A stretch of 64,000 bases of DNA from Torpedo marmorata (Eukaryota). Where the stretch lies: contig OZ360229.1 in assembly GCA_977017645.1 (NCBI GenBank), forward strand, positions 108,934,001 to 108,998,000, read 5' to 3'. Under the pieces are notes generated by a model. That model saw only the letters and a program-made list of their open reading frames with translations. It ran no database searches and was not told the origin of the DNA. The position numbers were made by a program, and so were the translations under genes. Every line of letters begins with the position of its first letter. Position 1 is the first letter of the stretch. This document shows, piece by piece, positions 11,791 through 24,550 of the stretch.

Positions 11791-12954
11791 TATTCTGTGG
11801 TGTAAGCATACTGTGATTCTGTGAAGTTGGTTCTTTTATCATTCTCCATGCAACTTATTCATGACTAAAGTTACAGATTTGCTGTTAGCAGCCTGTCAAT
11901 GAAACTCAATTAATGAAAAATTACAAAATATTTTGTATTTAAGCAGGTGAGTTTTTCCTTCTCAATGAGATCTTGCAAGCTTTTCCAAATATAACTGAGG
12001 ATAAATCTCAACCAAGTCAGAACATGTCAACTGGAAGAACCCAATATCCTTCCAGCTAAGTATCAAATAATTGATGCATCTTCTAATGCTCGAATGCACA
12101 TAAATTATTTGCCATTTTTACAGTTATAATTAGTCTTCTTATTCTTGCATGTGAACGTAAAGACAGCTAATGAAAGAAGTTTTGAAAATGACCAATAATT
12201 ATAACTATGTATTAATTCACGACTGGAGCAATCAGTTTTGTATAAATTTGAGGCTTCAAAATTACAGTTTATAGGATATGCATTGTAAGCTGTCATATTT
12301 GAGGAAAAATAATGGGCATTACCTCAAAGAATGTTGTATAAAATTGTGAGGAATTTACCGGGACTAAATCTATGTCAATAATGATAAATTGGAGGTTTCA
12401 GTACAAGTCATTTACTTTCTGATATAAAGACAGTTACTCCCTGTATTATTGCCAACATCTACTCATCATATCAGCACCAGATCCATTCCAACAAGTATGG
12501 AATTTTTAATGATCTTTAGTAGAATGTTTATCATCCTGTTACAATGGATAATTTCTGGGCAAAAAAAAATAAATCCTGTGTTAAGCTTCTGAATACTGAA
12601 CTGAAACAGTTGCTTTGTTGTAACCAGCTAAGTGTTCAGTAAAAGTGAACCTTCATGACACTGAAGGCATCACAGAGTGTGACACATCTGCACCTATATC
12701 CCTTCAAATACTGAGATCTGAATCCCTCCCATGCTGTTGTTGCAAGGCAATGCTAAGAGGAATATCATTTGAAGAAACAATGTCTGGGTAACTCACAACT
12801 CTGGATACTCAACCAGCACACATTTTATTCACTGCAAAATTGCTCTACAGTATCTGGGGAGCTGGCATTCAGCTTGTGATCATTGCTAGGGCATGAAGGT
12901 TTGGTGTGGGGTGACTTTGAAAACAAGAAGAGCAGTAAATGCAAATTAACTTAC

Positions 12955-13077
12955 CACAAAAGGAAATGCTGCTCAGTTTAGTTATGACTTCCTTTACTCC
13001 ACATTGCAGGCACAATTTGCCATGTGCTTTGATCCGATTGTTTTTCACAACATTCAGCATTGTGCCCTGCTCTGCTG
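12955..13077 (-). other. Possible 123-nt exon of an unidentified minus-strand transcript
   Basis: Acceptor tttttgcag (NAGNAG) and donor G|GTAAGT. The phase-1 frame is open (AEQGTMLNVVKNNRIKAHGKLCLQCGVKEVITKLSSISFC), but no homolog is recognised. Confidence 0.2.
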
Positions 13078-13872
13078 CTGCAAAAAGCTATTTGATAGAT
13101 GACAAAAACATGATAGTGCTCAGAAGGTCAAAGAAAATCCTTCATAATCAAAGAACTGAAACAAATAATATCATAGAAAATAGAAGTTACGGTATATGTC
13201 GGATTGGTAATTCATTGGAACAATATGATTCAAGGTGTTTTCATGACTCTGAAATAATAAATTGGCCAAATTAATGTTGTTATTTTAACTGTAAGTTCAA
13301 AAATATATCACCATTCCATTGCAGTTTCAGACATATTCTGTAATATTGCTGGTATTGTTTCAAGATAACTCAACCTTAAGCACAGAAAAGGTTGACTCTG
13401 TGAGACCAGGAGCTCTCCTCTGTGCTCTGAAAAGATGTGTGAGGGGTTAAACCTCGTTCACAAAATTTAAGTGGATTTTGATTTCCTTGTTAAATTCAGA
13501 ATACATCAACATAATTTCTCAATTTCCGAAGCAACCTCTCCAACCTTGCGTCTATCATTTTCAAATTAGGATGATTTACAGCATGGAGTCAGGTGATTCT
13601 GGTTCACAATGCGTCAGCAGTTTCAGGAAGAAACTTCTGTGACATCATTTGAACCTTTAGTAATTTTACTAGTTTCCAGCCAATGCATTTCCACCCAAAC
13701 AAAATGTTTTTGCTTGGAAGGCTGCAATAAGTTTCAAATATGCATTTGAATACTTGAAAGTTTAAATCCAACACAATCCATCAGTTCCATTTTATTCAAC
13801 TGGAAAAAATGCAATATCAAAGCAACTCTAGAATAATGTTACTAAGACCCTTATAGCTGTGTATTCCACCAT

Positions 13873-14056
13873 CTCCCACTAATGCCATACCTGCAACTAA
13901 CACCACACCTCCCATTAACGCCATACCTCCCAGTAATGCCATACCTGCAACTAACACCACACCTCCCATTAACGCCATACCTCCCACTAATGCCATACCT
14001 GCAACTAACACCACACCTCCCATTAACGCCATACCTCCCACTAATGCCATACCTCC
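13873..14056. repeat. Minisatellite, 54-bp unit x ~3.4, built from three 18-bp variants
   Basis: ctcccactaatgccatac-ctgcaactaacaccacac-ctcccattaacgccatac is repeated almost perfectly. Confidence 0.95.
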
Positions 14057-16717
14057 TATTTCTGGATTTTTTTCCTTGGTCTGGAATCTGCTCTGTGGCC
14101 TTGTGGCACAATTGCACTTCAAAAGAACACAATTGTAAGTTACAAATTCCACCTGGCCTGAATTTGTACAGTTATAGTGTGGGAGGGACTATTGCCAATA
14201 AAATCATCGACTCAGAAGCACTAAACATGCTACATAGCAAAAATTGCATGTTGTACTCTGCTACCAAGATTTGGTTGTGTTGACTGAAACAAAATTGCAT
14301 TTTATACGCAGAGTCAAACTGCCATGTGGCAGATTCAGTGCTAATGACAGGATGAGTTCTTAGGTATGTGTTTACGACGTGATCCAAGTGTACAATCACC
14401 TGCTGCCTGAGGCTAGCTGAATACAGCAATTGATCACACTGTCAACCCCATGAATTGAGATCTCCCAAATTTAAATAAACAAAAAATGATCAATAATAAT
14501 TTGATAGTAAAATAACCACAAACATTGAAAGTGCAAAATCTAACATTATCTCCAAGATTATTCCAACTATCTTCTGCAACAAAGAAATTAGAACAAAATC
14601 TCACATAGCCAGAAATAGTTTTTAAACGGGTACCATTGTTTACATTTAATTTCTCATTGAAATGCATCATGCCAACAAAATAAAAGGGATCCTGCAACTT
14701 TAAGCAATCACATGGCTTCCCTTTTTATAAACTAGTAACACAGAAACAGAGATGCCAATAGTACAGGGTACTGAAAATGCCTTCCCAGTGTGCATTTCAA
14801 ATGGTGATCACATTCTCGTGATTGGTTCGCAATTCCGCCCAAGGTCCAAGGCAGCACAGAAAAAGCCCACAGCAAAATTTGTAAGTACATTGGACTCAGT
14901 GCAGAAATGTGGTTATGTGCACACATAATACACAATCAAATGGAAACTGAGGAGTTATATATTTACTTTAACATACATGACATATACAATTGTATTAGTT
15001 TCCACAATTTATATATTATGGTGATAGTCGATGTGGGCCTAAACATTAGTGAGATATATTTCTGTAATAGAATTGCTCTAAGATAAAGATCCTTAAACTT
15101 TAATGTAAAACTGCCCCTTTTGTTATAAGTGTGCAGCTATCTGCTAAATGTTTGCTCAGTTAGCCAATGAGCTACAGTCCACCTGTTAATTAGCCAATGG
15201 TCTACAGGCATGTTACATTAGTTACAAATAGTATACAGGTAAATTATATTATCCACCTAGTAAAACCACAGACAGCTTTACATACGTGAGGAAAAGGTAC
15301 CTGCATAAATAAACATCATGAAAAGCATAAAATATGTAAACACTACATCAGCTAAAACATGGAGGTTTAAAAACTGGAAAATCAACAGTAACTGAACTAA
15401 CAGTTCTGACAGCAATTATGCACCAGCGCCCTGCAGCCAACAGAGGGGAAATATCAGTATGGACTCACAAAAAAACAAATACTTGTCAGCACAGAACCTA
15501 TATGCGATGTTTTGTAGCCTGTGCACAACCTGTGCAGGGCAAAGTTTATTTGTTCTGTTCGGGTTAGAGGCAGTGCGCTGTTCAATGGTGGCACGCCACG
15601 TCAAAATTTGAAGAGGAGGTGGACGAAGAGTATCACCAGTAGCCATAGTGATGGAGTCACTCCTGCAGAAGCACGGTTATTTCCATCAAGCACTGCTCCA
15701 GGACCTGTGGAGTGACAAGCACATATTACCAGCTCAGTGACATGCACCAACGTTTGAACCTTACAGTGATGTAGATTGTTGCTCACCCTGACCGGAAATG
15801 CCTCTGAGAGGTGCTTGAAAGCTTTAAAACATATTCAGGAACAGTGAGGTCGAAATTCATCCTTTGTCACATGCTCTAAATGCATGATACAATGGCATAT
15901 CTTGAATCCTGTTTCCACACCACCAGTTCAACACATCCAAAGCCAAAATTCAAGCTTAGCACATGCGTTTGAAGATGAATTTGCTCCTCAGTTACTGTCC
16001 ATAAGGTCCCTCTGTTGCATTTCCTTTAACCTCTGGAATATTCATTGAAGTTCTACATTTCACTGTGAAAATTCTAAAATAAATTAAATTGGGATTCCAA
16101 ATTCAGCTTTCTGTATTTAAATGTTATCACAGTTTGGTGTCAGGTTTTATTGGTAAATTTTAGTTCAAAATCTGTCAAAGAAGGAGTTAGTGTTTTTTGG
16201 TATGTTCAAAGTTTCAGGCCAAACATGGTTGCCATCTGATGTTGCCTTATTGTATCTCTCATTCTTCATTTATTGGACATCTCATTCTTTGTTGAAATAT
16301 AATTGATTGATAGGATAAGTAGTCGCACTGTTAAAGAAGCCAATGATCTTCTGAAACTGGGCTTAAAGTTAACCAATAGATAATCACCTTTGGTTGCTTA
16401 TGTTTCAAAGGCATTGAAGGATTGGATTCTGTTTCAACTCCCCAATTCAATCATCCTGCCCGCAAAGTGCAGACAGCATGGGGTCTCAAGGGAGACATTT
16501 CAAGCTGAAACAATGTTAGGGTCACCAGCATATTCCTCCAAATAACTAATCAATAGACAACTTAGGTTGGATTATCACAATGATACATGAAAGAAGAATT
16601 TGAATATATGAAGAATGTGGCCTGAAGGGTGAAGTTTCCTTTGCTTCTTGCGGGTTATTTTTCACTTGAGTTTCTCTAGGAGAAGCAGATGTAATGGGCC
16701 AATTCTGCTGATCCCAT

Positions 16718-16747
16718 CTGCCCCCTCTTGCTAACTGCACAGCTGCA
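16718..16747 (-). promoter_or_regulatory. Candidate CTCF site with upstream module
   Basis: Minus strand reads TGCAGctgtgcagtTAGCAAGAGGGGGCAG, resembling the CTCF core with an upstream TGCAG motif. Motif match only. Confidence 0.25.
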
Positions 16748-19700
16748 TTTACCTGCTACAGCACACATGGGAGCTGAGGGCCTCATATCTGTATCTGCAC
16801 CATGACATGGAGTGGGTCCCAAAAGCTGATTAGACCTGAGGTTGTAGAACCAGAAATACTGCCTCAAGCAAAACCAGGTTTTAGGGTCATCAAAAACAGT
16901 CGATATAGATTCATATAAAATATTAATGTTTGTTAATAATATTTGATAATTATGGTACACCCACAATTTTATTTGCTTATTTAATTCATTTATATTTATG
17001 TGCTCATTTTAATTTCACCATATATTATACTGTTAATGAACAAATTAATTAAATTAATATTTCATCAATATTTATTTGTGCCTTGTAAATATTAATTTTA
17101 ATTTATCAATATTTCAAATGAATGGGCTCACACTTAAAGTGCCAGCAATGGCTGGAGTAAAATTGTGGGGTGAAGGAGAAGTTTATCCATTTCCTCAGGT
17201 CACTGTGCTCCTGAGCTGTTGCATGGTCCCATAGTGCAGTCGAAGAATCCACCGGCACCTCACCTTCAACACTTCCAAACTTGGCAGTGGTCAGATGTAG
17301 AACTTCCCTTTTAATGTATTCCCTTTTCCAATAATGGGTAGAGCCAGCCAATGAGCTGCCAATGGCATTAAATACTCTTTTTTAGCAGACAATGTTCAGC
17401 TAAGGAGACTTCAGAGTCCAACCAATTAGGTCATTTTATATTTTACATTCATAAAATTGTATTAAAAGGGATCTAAAAGTAAAATTGTTACATTCTGCAG
17501 CAGCTGACAGAATTAAAGGCACTGTGGGAATGTTATGTGTACCTGTGGCCAAATTTGTTTTTATGCTGAAGAATTAACTCTTGCTCTCCCCCCCCACCCA
17601 AAAAAAAATATTTAATGCACCCTCAGAAGCCTTTCAGTGACTTCAGGTTCATCTTTTCCTTAATTATTATGAAAATTATTTGTTGACTCACAATTTTTTT
17701 AATGCATTCATACTGTACCATCAGAATGAAAGCAATTTAACAAGGTGCTTTACAGATTGATAAACTACATAGCACTTTACAGATACAGGTACAGTATTGT
17801 GTTTACCTTCATCTGTTATCATTAAAACACAGAATGAAAGGTGTCTCTGTTTTAGAGATAAGCTCTGAAGGGAATCAATAGCATGTGTTGGCTCATGTCA
17901 CAAAATAAAATGACATCAATGTCTGACAATATCAAGATCATTTAACATTAAGTGATCATCATATGGACATGAATTACACTGTGGTAACAATGGGTACAAA
18001 TGCATATGGTGTTCACCCAAATTTCCCTGATCTGCTGGTACAGCAGGAATATTAATACATTAAAATTACACAAATAATTTAACTTACAATATTTATTCTT
18101 GTCATAATTATTTAAGGAGAATCAATTAGGCATTTGGGCCTATTGCCCCACAGTTCAATTTCAAAGCCAACAACTCTTCATCCACAATGGTGTGCCAATT
18201 GCTGGAGCAGTTCGACTTGTGGCAAGGACAGTGAATTGGAATTTTTTTTTTCCTCAGCCTGAAAGTTGCTGCACATTTGCACCACAAGCTGCTGGAATTG
18301 AAAATCGACAACATTGCAGCAAGAATATTACTCTATTCTGGGATCACTTGAAATTTGCCTGCAATAGCTTGTAATCGTATTCATTGCAATCCCAACATTG
18401 GGACAGAGATAACCCACAGGAAATGAAGGAAGTAGAGCTAAATGGACTGCAGAAATCAAATACACCGAAGGTATTGAAAGGGAATCTGTTGAAAGGGAGT
18501 AAAAACAAAACACAGCAAAGAAAAATATAAAATAAATGGGAAAAAATACTCGCATGATCCACTATTTCCACATGCTCTATGAAAGTTGCCGTTGAGAATA
18601 TTATGTACCAAGTGGTGGAGGAGCACAAACTATGCAGCAAGTTGTGGTGATTCGCAATTCATGACACATCTCTGAGTCAACACGAATTGCCTGGGGTGGT
18701 CGTGAGTAGCAGAGATGATGGGGAGTCATGCATTAATACTGGTGGATATCATAAACAAGCCATTATTTCTCCAGCAATCTCTCAACCATAAACTCTATTA
18801 CATGTTCTTCTATTTCCAATATGATTTAAATTAACCTATGAAAACAGGCCCATGAGTTAGATGAAAAAATATTTCATCGTACAACATCTATAGAAATACA
18901 TATTTAATACCCAAATCATGCCCAGCAAGATCACTCATCTCCAAAACCATTAAAAATTCTTGGTTGATCTTACTGGGGATTTGGCTGGAATTCTTATCTA
19001 TGAAGAATATTTCAAAGCACAGTTTCAAAAAGCATTATATCACAATGATAATTTTGAGTATTTTAGTGTACAATCTGAAATGATCCAATACTACTGATGA
19101 AAACTTTAAACACGTACATGCACATGTCTACAATGCATTCAGTACAGCAAACTAAATGACTAAACCAGCTCACTACAACTCTGCTAATTGGACTAGATGA
19201 ATGGAAACACTACAAAGCAACAGGCATTTTAAAGGGATTTGAATATTGGGAATTAATTAATGGAGCAAATTTACTCAGAAGCTTTAAAGAGGCAACAACA
19301 GTATAGGTATTGAAGACCAATTTATTTTGTTAATATATTAATTCATTTGCTTGAACACAAGCATTTAGTTTAGCATTCTTAGAACTCAGACTGTTAAGTT
19401 GTAGTGCAGTTATAATTTGTTACATGCATTTTTAACTTTTTTTCATTTTACAAACCTTTCCAATTTGCAAGAATTGTGGAAGTTTTCTCTTCTAAAAAAA
19501 AAATTGAAGAAAGCAAAAAAGCTTATGATAAACAATTTAAATGTAAATTAAATCGCAACAAGAGTGTGGAGGAAACTTCAATATCGGATTTTGGTATTAG
19601 TCACATGATGCACTGGATGATAAATCCAGAACTAAATACATGCATTCAAAAATCGAAGGTCCAGTGCTATGAAAGACACTTTTGGGAGTATCCAAATTAA

Positions 19701-21821
19701 TTATTTCAGATGTTGTTGACAAAACGAAACCAATCGATTCAATTCTACCTTACAACAAAGGCAACCCAAAATTACTCAAATCTAACATCTGTGCATCAAC
19801 CCACCTAAATGATTGACAATGTAGAACTGGGTGAAGATAATCAACCAATTTCTGGGTGAAGATATTAACCAATTTTTGGCAACCTACTTTGCAGTTTCCC
19901 TCAAGTGAGTGACCAGCCTGTCAATAAGTCTCAGATAGCTAAATGTATCAGAAGATATGTCTTTGGATTATGTAGTCTAACAATGTTTACCTGGCACCAC
20001 ACTGCAAAGCATGGTTATTTTAGGATTCACTTTTGAACAAAGTTAGAATACTAGTTGATTGAGGGGATAATTGACCTGCAAGTTTTAAAGACCAGTGAAT
20101 GTTCTCTTCATCTTTGTTTGAAGTATCTGGTTAAGACTACTTCCCTTGCCTTTAGCAGAAGGGGTGGCGGAAAAACTCTCATCATCATCTGCAAACCTTA
20201 TTACTTCACTCAAGGAACAAGGAAAATTTCAAGGGGTATCATGTTAAGCACATCACTGTTAATTATTCAACCTGCAGGCTCTTGAGGATTCCCTTTTTAT
20301 GGATTGGCTGTACCACCAAGCTGCCACCAGGTACAAATGGCTGCTATTCTTGAAAAAATAAAGGCTGCAGGTAGGTCTGTGATGTCTTAAGGCCCACAGC
20401 GAGTTCTGGCTGCTCACAACTGACATAATGGCAATTAAAGAACTGGATATTCAATTCAAGAAGCATGTATCACTTCAGGCTGCAGAAAGAATGAAGATTT
20501 GTCAATAGAAAAAAATGATTGCAAATTTGTTCAAAATCGTTATAAACTGTTAGTGATTAGTTCATGAAAAGATTACTTACATTGAAGTATATAGTTCTTT
20601 TAACTATGACAAATCATAAGAAAAAGACGTTTGCAGCAGTATCAACGTAAATGATGCAAAAGAGGCAAAGTTGAATCAATGTGTTGGCAAGAATTGTTAC
20701 TTAAAATGTTGATTCTTTCTTGGTATTAACTTCCCCTCTCCAGACAGTGTGTAGAGAGCCTTCCAAACATCACTACTGACAGCTTCAACCTTCCAACCAG
20801 CAAAATTCTCGATTTAACTTTGAACAAACTGCGCTGCAGGAGCTATTAATCTCATTCTGAGTTTGCACCAAGTTCATTTTCTTTAATGAAAAAGTACAGA
20901 TGAATGGTTAAATGAAACACTTACCCAAACAACATGAATTTCTCTATAAATAAAATTGAATTGGATCCTTGCCGTACATAAAAACACATCTGTCTCTTGC
21001 ATCCTGCACTTATTCCATTCTAAATTAAGGTAACCTCAATTTTCTCATGGACTCCTGCTGTGTGAACCACTATTTATGGTTAAAATGTTAGACTGGTTAT
21101 GTTGGATACCTGCTGCTCACAGGGTGTAATGAGACACTGAGTTCCAGTACAAAACCCAGAAAATTACTGAGAGCTGTTAGATTTTATAGGGCCCTTTGCT
21201 CTACATTAGTTAGGGTTGTTCTTATATTTAAAAGAACTATTTTTTTAGAAGGGTGAATTTTAGAAATTATGTTCAATACAGCGTTAGTACAAGGTGGTAT
21301 TTAATGTTGGGATGTTTCCTTTCACCATTTGAACCTGTGGACCAAACTAAATCAGACACTTTCTTTTAAAGGTAGATGTCAAAGGATGACATGAGTGAGG
21401 GCCAGTTTCAAGGAAGTTCTTGATCACTCCAGAACACAAAACCATTTAAAATTTAGGACAATTTCCACTTCATCTGAGATACCTAAATAGTATCTGTATT
21501 AAACAAGGAAACATCAATCATCTTCATGCAACTGTTTATAGTTTTGAGTGAAAGAGTACAATATTAGAGATGGCCACAAATCAACATCCAAGCTGGCATT
21601 GAAAAATATACCAGTATTTCCTTTTCTGGAACGTGCGCACAGAATGCGAACCTACTGGAAGTGATGTTGAGATTTGGAACTGATTTTAGGTGCACAGGGT
21701 CATTCTTGTAAATCTGACAAACTGAATTTTGGTACTGTCATTTTAAACAAAATCATTTATCAGACAATAGGAAACGTTGGAAAAAAAAGTAAATTTGCTA
21801 TTCTTTTCATTCTGAGAAGGT

Positions 21822-22670
21822 GAGCGATGGCGGCGCTGCCGGAGCCGCTGTAGCGGCAGCGCTGCCGCTGGTGCGGACCCGCGGGGAGCGTGGGAGCGGA
21901 GATACAGTGCTCCCGCGGGGTCCATCCACCCAGTCGACTGCCGTCGGTTCCGCACGGGCTTTGAACGGCCCGTTAAAGGAGCCGATGGTGGTTTTATTTG
22001 AGATCCCATGACCACGGGGTCTGCGCCCAAGATGGCAGCGCCTATTAATTGGCAGCAGCCATGAGGGGCTGCAGACTCTGGGGAAGCAGGGGACTGGAGC
22101 AGGGCACCAGTGGACGGGAAGATCACCCCCGTCTGAGAAGGAGAAGCGGAGGAGACGACCCACGGGACGGTGAGCACAGCGGCGGACCGGTGAGGGGCTC
22201 TGAGGCTGAAGTACCAGTGCATGTGGCAGGCTGCTGGCGACTCGAGGCGAGGAACCCGCGGAGGCTGTGGGCTGCTGGAGACTGCTGTCGGGGGACTCAC
22301 GACGGGCTGCAGACTGCTGGAGGTTGGCTCGATCTGGCTGGAGGAGCACCAGGTATCGGAACCGGGATGTGAGGGGGTGCCAAGGGCGACCTGACCGTGT
22401 TGGAGGTTCGGATCTGGAGCTCGGGATGCCGATCGTTTGGACTGGACTCTGTGTGGCTGCGGAAGCTGCGGAAGTGCTGGAGGCGAATCTATGGACGCTC
22501 GGTGTCTCTGGGGGGACTCTCTTTTGCTTCTCTTTCTCTGACTGTAAGGAATGTTAGAGGCGCTTAGGCAATTTCTGCCGATGGCAAATCTGTCTGCCTT
22601 GCAGCAGGCAAAAAGAAATTTTGTGGTATATGACACTGTCTTATTGCTATGACAATAAATTGAATCTTGA
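21822..22670 (+). mobile_element. Unclassified CpG-rich non-autonomous retroelement, copy 2
   Basis: Collinear with 6319-7140 apart from small indels. Ends TATGACAATAAATTGAATCTTGAA. Confidence 0.8.
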
Positions 22671-23304
22671 AGTTCTAGCCTTGAGATAAAAAATAGTTTT
22701 TTATGCAAAGTTTCATTGACTTATGATTTAGGGGCTGCATTTATGGAAATTGTGTTGTGTGATGATCTCAAATGCAACAACAGGGACATTCATTTAAATG
22801 TCCTTTTGTTGCCATGAAGATTGTAATGAATGAAATTAATGCAATTCAAGATTTTTAGCAAATGAAAACAAATTAAGTGCAATTAAGTGACAAAATTCAA
22901 CATTCAAAGATAACATGATAAGAACCAAAAAATACAATATCCTGAAATAGTTGCAGAACGAACTCGTCAATGAAGAGTTATACAAAAACTTCCTGTTTAA
23001 ATCAAAGGTTAAATTTTATATCATTCTGGAACACAGTTTTAAATTGCATTAAATAGCATTATTAAAAGGGCATTATATATTAGATTTTGTTTCAAGATTT
23101 GCCCAATACTTTAAGCAGCTGACTAATTCAGAAGGCTAAGAATTGAGTGATAATTTTGATGTGCTACTTTTTGACCAAGGTGCTAATGGAAAGCTGCTCT
23201 ACATATTATGCCTCCTTTTCTGATAACTGGAGGGGAGAGGGAGTGGAAAAGAAGGCTTAACTGGTTTGGAAGAGTGAATAAACTAAAACATCTAAAGGGC
23301 GAAA

Positions 23305-24550
23305 GAGTCATCAAGCACACAAACAAGTCCTTTGGCCCATCATTTCTCTTCTGACCAACAGTAACCATCTGTACCAATCCTATTTAACCAGCACTTTGAC
23401 CTTCTCTGCCTGAACAATTCAAGTTTTTGTTCAGATACCTTAAATATTGTGAGATATCCACCTCCACCACCTGCTCAGGCAGTTTGTTCCAGATTGTAAC
23501 CATCCTATGAGTGAAGAGAAATTCCTCAGACCCCCTCTAAGCCACTCACTCCTCACTTTAAACCAATGCCCACTGGCTTTCAATATCTCCATTGTGGTAA
23601 ATGTTTCTTACTATCTACGCAATAATGTCCCTTATGATTTTGGATAAGTCTTTCAGGTTTCCCTTCTTCGCCACAAACCCAGCCTATCCAGTCCCTCCTC
23701 ATAACTGAAATGTTCAAAAAAAAAAAAAAAATTACTTATAATTTACGTAATAAATATCATTCTTTTTTAAAATTTTGGAGCCCATATATGAGAGTTATGG
23801 GTTTGAGGATTTGAAATTTTTTAGAAATCAGATCTATTGGCGAGTTTAACCTCCAGATTAAAAATGGTTTTCAGATGGTTCTCTCCTCATTATTAATCTC
23901 TATTAATCTCTTTTTCTTTTTCTTTTTTCTTTTTCTATTTCTATTTTTAGAATAGTGGGGTTGGGGGGGTTGGGGAGGGGTGGGAGGGTGTGGGGGGAGG
24001 AAATTTATATCACTGTATTTTTGAAACTATATATTTTGAATTATGTATTATGTGATTTAAAAAATTTAAATAAAATAATAACTGAAATGTTCCATCTCAG
24101 GCAACATCCTAGTGATTCTCCTCTGTACCCTCTCCACTGTCTTCACATCCTTCCTCCAGTGTGGCAACCAAAACTGGATACAATTCTATGCCCCGACCAA
24201 TGAAGGCCAGCATCATGCATGTATTCTTTACTGCATTATTGACTTGCACTGTTACCTTTAGGGATCATGGACATATAGACCAAGGTCCCTCTGTTCCTCA
24301 GTACTTACCAGAGCCCCACCATTCATGGTATAGGTCCTACCAATGTTAGTCCTCTCAAAATGCATCACTTATTAGGATTAAATTACATCTCCATTGCTCT
24401 GCTCAAATTTACCAGCTAATCAATATAATTCCGTAACCTCCTCACTATTGACAGCACCTTCAGCTTTTGTGTTATCTGCAAATTTACTAACCATGCCTCT
24501 GACATTCTTATCCAAATTGTTAATGTGTATGACAAAGAGTAAGGGTCTGT
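23305..24550 (-). mobile_element. CR1 LINE 3' portion, interrupted by an L1 fragment
   Basis: Antisense CR1 3'UTR and RT C-terminus (ccagcctatccagtccctcctcataactgaaatgttc...ttttgtgttatctgcaaattt, i.e. the KFAD motif). Confidence 0.75.
23716..24077 (+). mobile_element. 5'-truncated L1 3' end with 15-bp TSD
   Basis: Encodes KITYNLRNKYHSFLKFWSPY (L1 ORF2 C-terminus), then a G-rich 3'UTR and AATAAA. TSD ATAACTGAAATGTTC at 23701-23715 and 24078-24092. Confidence 0.85.

Noticed and set aside
13873-14056. CRISPR-like array
   Set aside because: There are no unique spacers; it is a pure tandem repeat in eukaryotic DNA.
20581-20945. Two tiny minus-strand AG...GTAAGT segments (23 and 19 nt) as microexons
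   Set aside because: Neither is frame-preserving, no peptide is recognisable, and such matches are expected by chance in 64 kb of AT-rich DNA.
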